This document shows positions 1 through 11,168 of a DNA stretch of 26,376 bases, piece by piece. The notes beneath the pieces are model-generated. The model saw nothing but the letters and a program-made list of their open reading frames with translations. It was not told where the DNA came from and did no database searches. The translations under genes and the position numbers were made by a program. The stretch covers positions 1 through 26,376 of the forward strand of contig NW_021836031.1 in NCBI RefSeq assembly GCF_006345805.1, written 5' to 3'. The number at the start of each line of letters is the position of its first letter. Positions within the stretch are counted from its first letter, which is position 1. The stretch is from Octopus sinensis. Lineage: Eukaryota.

Positions 1-111
1 TCACGACTATAAGATACCCGGTTTTGGTTAAACTGCACCGCAAAATGTGGGAGTAGTTAGGAATCTAAATCGTAGGAGACAGACACATAACTTCACTTTT
101 ATATATAAAGA
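1..111 (-). mobile_element. Probable Helitron-like non-autonomous element, 5' end (continues beyond the window start), inside a Meis intron
   Basis: Reverse complement reads A|TCTTTATATATAAAAGTGAAGTTATGTGTCTGTCTCCTACG..., i.e. a TC start after an A followed by the TATATATAAA + TGTCTGTC pattern typical of invertebrate non-autonomous Helitron 5' ends. The 3' hairpin/CTRR is not in the window. Confidence 0.45.
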
Positions 112-702
112 TTATTTCAGCCAAACTTCTGGAATAAAAGAGAAATATAGGGTTGGGAAGAAAAGAAGAATAAAGGGAAGAAGAAAAGAAATACTCTTTT
201 TTTTTTTTTTTTAAATAAAAAGGAAGAAAAATTCAGCTAATTCAGACAATGCAATTATATTTTTAGTTATTTTTCTTAAAATTATATAGTTTTAAAATTT
301 TCCTTTATTATTTTTTTTTTGAAGAAACTCAATCCAAATAAAAGGTTTTTAACTGCTCTTTCCTGAGGATTTTTTTAACCACCACCATCACCACCGTCAC
401 ATCATGATGGTGATGACTAGAACAATTGTCATCACCACTACTGCTTTGTCATTGTTTTTCTTATTTCGTGGGTGGACTCAGAGAGAAATTATCTGGCTTT
501 TTAAGATTAAAGTACCAGTCAAATATCTTGGAGTCAGCAGTATTGACTAACTTCCTCTTCAAAATTAAATGGTCTTTATTTAAGTTTGATTTCCATTCCA
601 CCATTTCTGAATTCTTGTTGACATCAGTTTTTAAAATTCATTTTTAAAATCTATATTCATTTATTTATTTATTTATTTATATGTATCTTTCTTTATTTTC
701 AG

Positions 703-783
703 GTCCTGGTGGTCACGCCCCCTACAATCCAGAATCTGGTATGGGATACATAGATAATAATCAGATGTCTATGAGACCCCACA
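703..783 (+). CDS. Meis: Meis/homothorax penultimate coding exon (81 nt, phase 1/1): xG-PGGHAPYNPESGMGYIDNNQMSMRPH
   Basis: Polypyrimidine tract plus TTTTCAG acceptor (AG 701-702); donor ACA|GTGAGT (784-789). The peptide resembles the post-homeodomain Meis segment (vertebrate [24 protein letters not shown], recalled) and splices in frame to 1740. Confidence 0.9.
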
Positions 784-833
784 GTGAGTTGTTTCTTTGT
801 TTGATTTGACTTTTGATTAATAATTTACAGGCA

Positions 834-1078
834 ATATTATTATTATTATTATTATTATTATTTATTTATATTTATTATTATTTATTATATTATTATTATA
901 TTATTATTTATATTTATTAATTTATTATTATTATTATTCTTTTTATTATTATTATTATTATTTATATTTATTATTTATTATATTATTATTATTATTGTTA
1001 TTATTATTATTATTATCATTATTATTATTATCATTATTATCAGTATCATTATTATCAGTATCATCATTATTATTATTA

Positions 1079-1113
<35 letters not shown>

Positions 1114-1134
1114 TTATAACTTAATTTATTATTA

Positions 1135-1172
<38 letters not shown>
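834..1172. repeat. Imperfect (TTA)n/(ATT)n microsatellite in Meis intron
   Basis: Direct reading; ~340 bp of ATT units with TTTATA and ATC interruptions. Confidence 0.95.
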
Positions 1173-1174
<2 letters not shown>

Positions 1175-1252
1175 GGCAGTGGGCTGGCAGAATTGTTAGC
1201 ATGCTGGGTAAAATGCTTAGCAGCATTTTTCATCCATCTTCATGTTCTCAGT
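1173..1252 (+). mobile_element. SINE family B (tRNA-like head), 5' fragment only
   Basis: AAGGCAGTGGGCTGGCAGAATTGTTAGCATGCTGGGTAAAATGCTTAGC matches the heads of copies at 16320, 19990 and 20422; truncated at the B-box-like GTTCTCAGTT. Confidence 0.7.
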
Positions 1253-1739
1253 TACATGGCCATGTCAGTAGTGCTGATCCAGGAAAAGATCTTCCAAGAC
1301 ACTGTGTAGAATGGTTGGAACCGAAAATGTAGTAGAAACCATTCCAAAGCTGACATTAGTGCTCAACTGTGTTCTTCAATGCCTCACAGCATTGTGTTAG
1401 CCCTTCTAAGAATGTACTTGAGGAGAGAGTGTGTGTGTGTGGAACCTTGTAATATATATTCAGTATGTATGTATAGTTGTCTGTATATTTGTATATATGT
1501 ATAGATGGATATAGGCCTATGTATGTGTTTGTATGGGGTGTATGCTTGTTTGTGTTTGAGGACTAGGTGTTGAGTTCTGCTTTGTTAGTGCATGCAAAAT
1601 TGTCTTGTCAGTAATTAAATAAATACTTAATAAACAAGAATGCTAATAAATTATGTAACAGTCATTATATAATAATTAACAGGTACTTTGTTTGGCTTAT
1701 AATTTGATCTCTCTTTTTTTCCTTTTTCCTCTTTTGCAG

Positions 1740-2086
1740 CATTGCAAGGTATACATGGAGGAGACATGTACGATCCAATGAAAGCTGGCTACTCCCATGT
1801 TCCAGACGGCCAGCGTTACGATATGTTAGGTGTGCAGAGTATGCATGGCGCCGACATGTATGGCCCACCGCCAGTTAGCGGGTCATACAGCCAGATGTCG
1901 CAGTTGCGCCCACCTGTACACTCGCAGGCGATGCTTATCCCCGGCCATCCGCACCACATGATGATGGGCCACACTGCGCCTGGGATGGGCCATCATGGCA
2001 TGCCCATACAGACAACACAGAGCCCACCCTTGCATGGCGGAAGCATGGATGTCATGGGCCAACAGTTACAGGACATCCATGCTTGA
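1740..2086 (+). CDS. Meis: Meis/homothorax terminal coding exon: (T)LQGIHGGDMY...SQLRPPVHSQAMLIPGHPHHMMM...MDVMGQQLQDIHA*
   Basis: Strong polypyrimidine tract plus TTTTGCAG acceptor (AG 1738-1739); phase 1 matches the upstream exon (A+CA = Thr); stop TGA 2084-2086. Shares QLR.PP.H...PGHPHH..MM and terminal DIHA with the vertebrate MEIS1B/MEIS2 C-terminus (QLRHGPPMHTYIPGHPHHPTVMM...QVMDIHAQ, recalled). Confidence 0.92.
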
Positions 2087-2345
2087 CTGCATTAGGATAG
2101 TGTCAGGAGAGAAGCTAAGAATCTGAGAGACATTCTATCAATCTATCTGTCTGTATGTGTGTATCTCTACATACACACACACACACACATTAACATATGC
2201 GCATATACACCGAGATATATATGTATGAATATATGTACATATAATATGTATATATCTTAAATACATGATCATATACACAACATAGACATGTAAAATATAT
2301 GCTTATGTGTGTGTGATATAAATATAGACAACATAAACCCCTAAT

Positions 2346-2399
2346 CATTTATATATATATATATTTATATATATATATATACTTATATATATATATATA

Positions 2400-2436
<37 letters not shown>

Positions 2437-2439
2437 TTA

Positions 2440-2488
<49 letters not shown>

Positions 2489-2582
2489 TTTATATATATT
2501 TATATTTATTTATATATATATATATATATACATATTTATATTTATATATATATATACATTTTATATATATATATTTTATATT

Positions 2583-2614
<32 letters not shown>

Positions 2615-2752
2615 TATATATTTATATATATATATATTTATATGATATTTATAATATATATTTTATATATTTAATATATATGTTATATATATATATATTT
2701 ATATATATATTTATATATATATAATATATATTATTATATATATATATATTTA
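2346..2752. repeat. ~400-bp almost pure A/T (TA)n tract with TTT interruptions, in the presumptive Meis 3'UTR
   Basis: Direct reading. Confidence 0.95.
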
Positions 2753-3943
2753 TACACACACATAGGTACTATACACTCACCAAATCAAAAACTGTGAAGT
2801 AGCCTAAAATTTCATTAATACTCTGACTGAGAGCTACGTCTTTCTCTTCTTAATTATCATTACTAATATAATAATTACCCTGAGTTTCCAAATTTTTTTT
2901 TGCATATTATTTATTGTTTTTATTTTTGAAGAAAAAAAGGATTTTTTTTTTGTTTATATTTTGTTTTTGTGCTGCTGCTTGATAGTGACAACAATGACAA
3001 CAAATAACAAAAAAACATTAAACCAAAATAGAAGAAAAGAAAGAATTCAACTAATTAGTTAATTAATCAATACACTTTACAATGAACTGAAATTAGTTAA
3101 AACGTATGATGGAAATATGAAACGAAAGAAATTTTTTTTTGTTTTCTGTATTTATTTAATTCAATTTTTTTTTTTGTTAATTGTTAATGATTATTAAACA
3201 ATTTATTTACATAATATACACCACACATGCATATCATATCCCCTTATATATATATTACATACATAGGTGTTTATATGATATATATGACATGTGTGTGTGT
3301 ATATCATATGTAAACTTGTGTGCATGTATGTGTTTCAGTAGATATTTTTTTTTGTTTGTGTAATTGCATAAATTAGCTATGTGCATATAAGGTAGTTGAC
3401 TCTCAGAGTTGGAAGTAATCATATATGCATTCCTCTATGTGTGTGTAATAGCATGAGTGGGTCTAACATGTGCACCTATATGCCTCAGCTAGTGTGCATA
3501 GGTGCATGTAATTTCTTCTCTCCAACATGTTTATATTAGGTGACGCCGTGCCCTTAATGTAGCCAAAACAGTGGGGCTTTGTGTCTTAAGAGCACATTTC
3601 TTTCTTTAAGCAAGTTTGTTTTTGCTATCTCTTCTAGTGGCTCTCTCTCTCTCTCTCTCTCTTTCCCTCTCATTCTCTCTCTCTCTCTCACACACATGCA
3701 CATGAGATTTTTCTCTTTATATATTCTTTCTCTTTTTTCCATCAATTCTATTTTTGTGTTTAGTGTGAAGCTATGCATTAATTTACACGTGATATATATA
3801 TAAACATACATGCATGCATACATGCATACATACATACATACATACATACATACATACACACAATACCACATACATTAATACATACATGCATCTCACAGGC
3901 AATGCTACAACCATCCCTAGCTTCTTCCTCTGGGTGGGTGTGT

Positions 3944-3976
<33 letters not shown>

Positions 3977-4243
3977 TGTTCTTTAACTAGTTTCATTCAA
4001 ACTAAGATCTCTCCCACCCACTTCACCTTGCTTTCGGTGCTTTTAGTCAATCATATCAATCCCAGTCCTGTCTCCACCTGCTGCCTATTTTATCAATCTC
4101 TATTTGTTGAGCTACTAAGTTGCAGAAAATAGAAAAAAAGCAGTTTAAAGGACATCATTTTCTGTTTTTGATAAGTGAAGCATAAATAGATACACACATA
4201 TTTACATGCATACATACATACATAACATGTAAATATACATGTA

Positions 4244-4301
<58 letters not shown>

Positions 4302-4555
4302 TATATATATACAGTACACAATTTCCATCTAATTCTATTCCACCTAAGGTTATACAAAATGTTAGCATGCTCCCTAGGTTTTCCATAGGATTGTGCTAGG
4401 AATCCATTAAAAAAAAGGTGGTCCAATCCCCCATTTTTAGCCTCATGGCCATGAAAGCAATTCTCTCTCCCTCCCTCTCTCTCTCTCTCTTTCTGTCACT
4501 CTCTATTGTTGTTATATTTCCATATTTACACTGGCCTATTATCTTGCTACTATAA

Positions 4556-4561
4556 AATAAA
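4556..4561 (+). terminator. Candidate polyadenylation signal for Meis (first AATAAA I found after the stop codon)
   Basis: AATAAA followed ~10-25 nt later by GT-rich GGGTGTATGTGTGT; would give a ~2.5-kb 3'UTR. Weaker ATTAAA variants at 3017, 3193 and 4405. Not decidable without RNA data. Confidence 0.3.
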
Positions 4562-6200
4562 ATGCAAATGGGTGTATGTGTGTCCAACCCATGCCAGCAT
4601 GGGAAGTGGATGGTATATGATGATGATACATACATACAATGTATGTGTATGTATATATATATAATATATATATAAATATATAATGTATGTATGTTATATA
4701 TATATATAATGTATGTATGTATCTATGCATGCATTCAATAATTTCCTTTCTTTTTCTTTCTTCCTTTACGTCTTATCATTATTTTCCTAGTCTCTCTACA
4801 AGAATAAGCAAAATGCCGTTTGAGAAGTTAAAATTCTTTCAGGAAATCTAGCACAAGCTTCTTTTGGTTGTAGTTACTGTGTGTGTACATGCATGTACGT
4901 GTGTGTGTGTGTGTGTGTTTGTGTGTGTGTGCACATATGCATCCACTCTTAAATATATGTGTATGTATGTGTAAGACCATACAATTTACTTGCCATTTAG
5001 TGTTTTTGTACGTGTATATATATGGATGGAGGTGTATGGTCACACCTTCTATAAGAATTGTATCTTGAATCCAAGAGCTGTCAGAATGTGATGTCACATT
5101 TGGCATCAGTTAGATTTTTGACCATTTGTCCAACATTCTTGTCTCATCTTATATGCATCTCTTACATTCATGCCTACATGCATACATACCCCCACCCCAC
5201 ACACACTTTACTCTTGATTAAAGTAGCTCGCCATCACACAGACAAACAATAATGAATGATGCCAGTAGGAATTTAGCTAAAAGCAGGATGTCTATCTTTG
5301 CTATAGGTGGGTGCTATGATTCAATGTTCATCCTGGTAGCATGTTTTTTTTCCCTGTATGATATATGCAGACACATATATTTATGGTCCATAGACATTAG
5401 ATCTATGGTATATCCAACAGAGATATCAGATCCCTAGTGAAGAAAGCAAATCATAAATTATAGTATTAATGATATACAAAAGAAAAAAAACAAGTATGGT
5501 ATTTGTACTGTATAAAACATACATGCATTTCTACAAATTACCACCAGGATTACGTAAATGCTGTTGAAACATTACATAATGTTGCTAAAACACTTCTTCA
5601 GTGTTCAGCAAGAAATACATATATATATAAATTTTGGGCGTTTGAATTCTCTGGATGTAATTCTTCTATATGGCTAGAGCCATTTCTTACCTATCTTGCT
5701 ACCCACTTACTCTTCTACAGACCATATAGAAAATAGCGAAATCAATTTATCAGGTTGATAGAATGATGCAAGTAAAGCTATTTATTTGTTCATTTCATGG
5801 ACAGAGATGGAACTTGAAAAGCTGTGGTGCTATGGATTTTAAATCATGGCTGTTTTGTCAATAGACTTCACATACCATTCAAGTGTCACAGAATGTTATG
5901 TGCAATAATAACATGTACCTTTTTTTCTCCCACCCACATCATCACCTCATTTCATTTTGATTTCATTCTTGTTCACATTAGTTCATATATAAGAAAACGA
6001 GTTATTCGAAAATCCCTAGTTCATAAGAAAATTCAGTTATAATTTATGCATGTGTATATATGGCTGTGCATTTGTATGTATTCAGTTTCATTCAGCCTTT
6101 ATGCATGTAATAATTACATGTGTACATGTGTGTGTGTCATAATTTAGGAAGTACTGAATTAAATTAAAACATGGCTTTTTAAATAAAAAATACATTCAGG

Positions 6201-6790
6201 TATTGAGTTGGTAGGTAAATTCTTTTTTTTTCTTCTTTTTTTTTGCATTTATTTCGATTCTTATTTTTCATCAACTGAGTTTTTAAACCTTATACACTGG
6301 AGGAAGTTAATGGGTGATAGTATTATGAGGACATCTTACCTCCTAGGCCAATTCCCTTGTGGATTGGTGCAGATCTTCATGGATGAGCTTCTTGGACATT
6401 TCCAATTGATCCTCATTAGATTGATTGAAAAGGTTAGTCAGAATACAAAGAATCTGTGATGTTGAATTTCTCCTTCTTGAAATGGGGAAAACCATTTCTG
6501 TGCAGTTCAGTCAGTAACAGCACCTTCTTTGTACACAGCGCAAATGTCTCAAACGTCTTTGGAACCATGGTTGGAAAACTGAAGAGAAACAGGTGTCTGA
6601 AATACTAATATTTTCTACTTGGCAGTCTGTTGTCTGAAAAGAGGTAGAATTTATTTAAGTTTTGAAAACAATAAAACAAAAGTTTTACAGGAAAAAACAG
6701 AGCTACAAAAAAGACCTATGGTAAAAATATTTTCAGTGTTAATTCAAAAACATTAGAAAAAAATGAATGAATTTATCTAACGACTCAATA
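6201..6790 (-). mobile_element. Internally deleted mariner element with both TIRs and a decayed N-terminal transposase (DNA-binding HTH) fragment
   Basis: Inverted ends including the TA target: TATTGAGTTGGTAGGTAAATTC (6201-6222) vs reverse complement of 6769-6790 TATTGAGTCGTTAGATAAATTC (19/22). Minus strand 6630-6300 translates with frameshifts and stops as FRHLFLFSF/NHGSKDV*DICAVYKEGAVTD*TAQKWFS/FKKEKFN...LIHEDLHQSTRELA, a Mos1-type mariner HTH region. Confidence 0.8.
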
Positions 6791-7269
6791 CCATATTTTT
6801 TTTTTTAATTAAAAAAATGCATTCAGATAGTTAAGTTACACTAATTTTTTTTCATTACATCATTTCACATTGTTATTGTATTATACATTATACACAATTC
6901 TATACACACTGACAAAGCCAGCAATGATTTAATTAACCACATTAATTAATTCTATTAATAATATCTATTTAGGCTTATTTATTTTTTCTTGCTCCTTATT
7001 TATTTTTGCCTAATCTCATTAGTTTTATCTTATATATATATATATGTGTGTATTACTGATGATGATTTAACTTGAATCAGTTCATTTCAATTCATTTCAT
7101 TAACATTAAACTTTTTTACTCCTTTAGTAATTGTACACAAGTGCTGAGCAGATGTACATTTTGCATGCACATACACACACATGCACAGTTTATAATTATT
7201 CACACATTTTTTTCTTTTTATTCAATAACTACAACAATACCTGCTGCAGTATTTTATCATCTCAGCTGA

Positions 7270-7330
<61 letters not shown>
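7270..7330. repeat. Compound (CTA)n-(CTG)n microsatellite
   Basis: Direct reading. Confidence 0.95.
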
Positions 7331-7565
7331 ATTGCTGTGGCTACAGCTGCAACCACTAGCACCACCCTTGACATAGATGGTAAGGAACTAGGCAAAAATG
7401 ATTTCAAACACTTTTCTGCTAAGGGCGGGGTGAGAGTGGGTCTTTGCTTTTTTTTTTTTTAAACGAGCTTTCATTCAAATCTGGGATCTTTAAAGTAGGT
7501 ACCAGCTATTTTCTTGGTTTAGCTGCATCACTTATGTTACTTATCCCCCTTAAACAAAACTGGCC

Positions 7566-7594
7566 TCATCATCATCATCATCAAGATTATTATT

Positions 7595-7653
<59 letters not shown>

Positions 7654-7660
7654 TATTATT
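7566..7660. repeat. (CAT)n microsatellite
   Basis: Direct reading. Confidence 0.95.
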
Positions 7661-8317
7661 ATTCATTGTAGAACGACAGAATCAGAGCCTGAAACTTAAT
7701 GAATTCCATTATACCATATTTGGTCCTCTCGCATGCTCAATCTGTCCATTTGTCTGATTGTCTGTCTGTGTCATTCTCTCTGTTTTGAGTTCAAATACTA
7801 TCAAATTCAACATGTATTCAAAACTCTGTTCAGTTCCTGCAAATGGGTGCACTTTGAGTTATCTATAAATTAAGCCATTATTGTAAAATTATTTTAAATT
7901 AATTCTTTTATTTATTATGCCCATTCTTTGGTCTTAATGTTTTTTTTTGTCTGTCATCATGAAACATTTAAAAAATGTTTTTCTTTTTCTTTTCTATTTG
8001 TGTAGTTGGCAGAAAATTGGATATTTTTATGTATAATGGCTTTATTATTAATTCTCACAAAAATAATCAATGGTTATTACTATTAATAGCGAATTTTGTT
8101 TTTTCATTTGGCAGATTTTTTTTTAGAGGCCATAACATGCATTCCATGGGAGAGGGTAATAATAATAATAGTAACAATAATAATTATCATTATTAATATA
8201 TAAGTAGAGAGAAAAATGCAAGGATGGGTGTGGGTTGCCTATGAACAATAATATTGGATCAAAATACATATAAATATATGAATAGATGTATGTGTGTGCA
8301 TAATATATATATATATA

Positions 8318-9174
8318 CAGGGTGGGTGAAAAGTAAGTAGGCATTAAAAATTGGTAATAAAATCCATTATTCCTTTTACAAATTTATTGAAACAGATGAT
8401 ACAGGTCTTTTATTACATGGGGAAAATGAAAGTAAATCATGATATTTCAACATAAGCACCGATGGCATTAAACCGTTTCCTCAAACAGCAAAAGATGGAA
8501 TGAACAACCTTCTGAAGGAAATCATCTGGGGATATCATTGAGAACTTCCTGAATCCGTGTCTCCATGTCCTCCAGTGTGTCTTGTACACCTCCTCTTTTG
8601 AGTAACCACACAGGTAAAAATCCCAGTGAGTGAGATCTGGACATCTGCAGTCACAGTCTTCAGGTTTTAGCTCCTGCACGTAATGGGGTTTCCATGGGCA
8701 AAAATTCAATTCTTTATGCAATACAGTACATATTGCATGTCTTGTTAGTCCACTTTCACGAGCTGCTTGACCAGTTGATTTTTGTGGCCTGTGATTAAGC
8801 ATTTCCTGTATTGTGGTTATGTTCTTCTCTGATTGGGCTGGACGACCACTTCTTCTTGCATCGTTCACAGAGCTTGTGGTCATCAGCTTTGCATGACAAC
8901 TTTTTATTGTCACCAGACATAGTGTTGCATGCTTACCTTTCCATGCATTTCACCATCTTAGAACCAAAACAATGGATTCCACACTTCATTGGGTGCTACT
9001 ATCTTAGCAGGCTTCTGAACAGTCAAGTGACCGACCATCATCTGAAAAATTAGAAATAAGAAAATAAGAAATCCTCATTAGTGCTGTCTGTTTAAAAAAT
9101 GTTTTTGTCATGACTTCAGTGATACTAAAAATTCTATTAGCAATTTCTAATGCCTTGCTACTTTCCACCCACCT

Positions 9175-9176
<2 letters not shown>
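8318..9176 (-). mobile_element. Internally deleted Tc1/mariner-superfamily element (maT/rosa-like), 859 bp, inserted in (TA)n
   Basis: 36-bp TIRs: CAGGGTGGGTGAAAAGTAAGTAGGCATTAAAAATTG (8318-8353) vs reverse complement of 9141-9176 CAAGGTGGGTGGAAAGTAGCAAGGCATTAGAAATTG (30/36); TA on both flanks. Confidence 0.88.
8437..9041 (-). pseudogene. Disrupted, internally deleted transposase of the 8318-9176 element
   Basis: ATG at 9041; HTH region (KLMTTSSVNDARRSGRP...STGQAARESG...LHKELNFCPWKPHYVQELKPED) joined directly to the C-terminal CPDLTHWDFYLCGYSKEEVY (SPDLTPxDFxLWG motif). The first two catalytic Asp regions are absent; frameshift and stop in the first ~40 codons. Confidence 0.85.
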
Positions 9177-9230
<54 letters not shown>

Positions 9231-9966
9231 TGCATACATATATAGGTATGCCCACATATGTACATACACACTGACACATGCACACATACATGCACACACA
9301 CACACATGCATGCACACACACACACACATGCATATACATACATACGAGCACTTGTAAAATAAATTATGTGTGGATGAAGATAAATCAAGACTCTCTCTTT
9401 CTTTCTCTGACTATAATTTCAGTTAGAATCAAATTCTTGTAGCAGTCTTCTTTTGTTGTCATCATTGTCATCACTATCACCATTATCACAATCATCCTCA
9501 CTATCATGATCATGATGATCATCATCATAACCATCATCACCATCATCATCATCATCACAACCTGAACTATCACCTTCATCATCATTACCATTACAAAATA
9601 TTGCTATCATTAATTGAATTTGTAATCACTTAATATTTATTACTAATTAATTAAACAGTGAATGTGGTGGAGAGTTTGTAAACATTGTGAGTTCAGATCT
9701 CATATGGCTCAATCAACTTCATCACTTGTTGTTATAGTTTAATATTAGCTACCAGTTATGCACTGGGGCTCAGCAAAATGTGCTAATACAGTGATGACAA
9801 TTGATTATAAAGCATAATATTACTTACTGCATTTAAAAATACATGTGTGTTGAATGATACCAATACCAGATGTATTTGGCATTTAGCAACACCCTACCAA
9901 ATTTTGTGCTAAGTTAGAAATTACTATTATTGTTTTTATTATTTGAGTGAGTAAAGCATGATGAGT

Positions 9967-10142
9967 AAAGCAGCATCGTTAGTATGTTGCACAGAATAAA
10001 ATGCTTAGCAGCATTTCTCTTTGCTCTTTTTTCTACTGAGTTCAAATCCTGCCAGGACAACTTTGCCTTTCGTATTTTTTAAGTCAATATAATCTTTCAA
10101 AATTGCTGCTGGCCTTGTGCCAAAGTTAGAAAGAGTTATTTT
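9967..10142 (+). mobile_element. SINE family B, diverged and internally deleted copy
   Basis: CATCGTTAG...AAAATGCTTAGCAGCATTTC...GAGTTCAAATCCTGCCAGGACAACTTTGCCTTTC...GGCCTTGTGCCAAAGTTAGAAAG matches the other family-B copies. Confidence 0.65.
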
Positions 10143-10900
10143 TTTTATAGTAATAATAATACCTTTGTAGGGTTTAGTAACTGTAGAACAGTGTGTCGAT
10201 GACATGGACTCATATAATCCATACTAGCATTGAATGCCTATCCTTAATACATTACGCAAGATGTAGTTATACATGAAGATATATGTACTACACATATTAG
10301 GTACATACATGCAAATATGTACAACACATGCATACATCTCTCTCTCACTTGCACACATTCTCACTGAGAAGCACACATAAGATTACCATGTATATGGAAG
10401 GGTGCCCTAAGAGTGTGTGTGTTTGTATTGTGTAAATTGTGTGTTGTCCAAAATTCAACCCAAACTTATTGGGATTTTCTAGAATAAATGCAGCAAGATT
10501 GACCTTGATTATAGACTGATGGTTTTACTTTTACCAAATATCTGTTACCAGGAAGATCAAATACAATAAGTTATTCTTGCAGTTTAAAGGTAAGGTAGCT
10601 GTAACAAACACTTTATAGGTAAAAATTACTTTTAACAATCTTATGAAAAATAATAAAAAGTGTATAGAATAGTAGCTTAATACATGGATTAATTAAATTT
10701 GTGGGGTTTTTTTTTTTTGAGACGAAGTATGCAAGTTTTCATAAACTTGGTTTTATATTTTACCTTGACATACATAATTACTTTTCATTCATTTTTCAAT
10801 ATTCATACATATAAAAAAAAATTGCACTCATTGAAATTAATAGACTGTTAATTAATTGATTAATTAATGTGCTTAAAAATTTCATGTGTGTGTGTATGCA

Positions 10901-10957
<57 letters not shown>

Positions 10958-10965
<8 letters not shown>

Positions 10966-11101
10966 ATGTGTGTGTGTTTATGTGTGTATCTATATATCTC
11001 TTTTATAAATATATATATTATCAATATAATTATAGTATATATATAATAAATATATATATATATGCATATATATGCTGTAAATATATATATATTATAAATT
11101 G

Positions 11102-11168
<67 letters not shown>

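Noticed and set aside
784-809. Intron read-through isoform of Meis (...RPHSELFLCLI*)
   Set aside because: The donor GTGAGT is consensus and the peptide has no Meis-like character; nothing in the sequence favours retention.
1740-2086. CpG island at the terminal exon
   Set aside because: About 16 CpGs in 347 bp is explained by GC-rich coding sequence; it does not extend into the flanks.
2230-2260. Pumilio-type TGTANATA motifs
   Set aside because: Automatic by-product of TA/TG microsatellites, present throughout the window.
3049-3069. 12-bp palindrome AACTAATTAGTT with adjacent ATTAATCA
   Set aside because: Very AT-rich and common in such genomes; no neighbouring TGACAG.
5085-5100. Palindrome AATGTGA-TG-TCACATT and 7-bp hairpin at 5388-5408
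   Set aside because: Short isolated inverted repeats within chance expectation.
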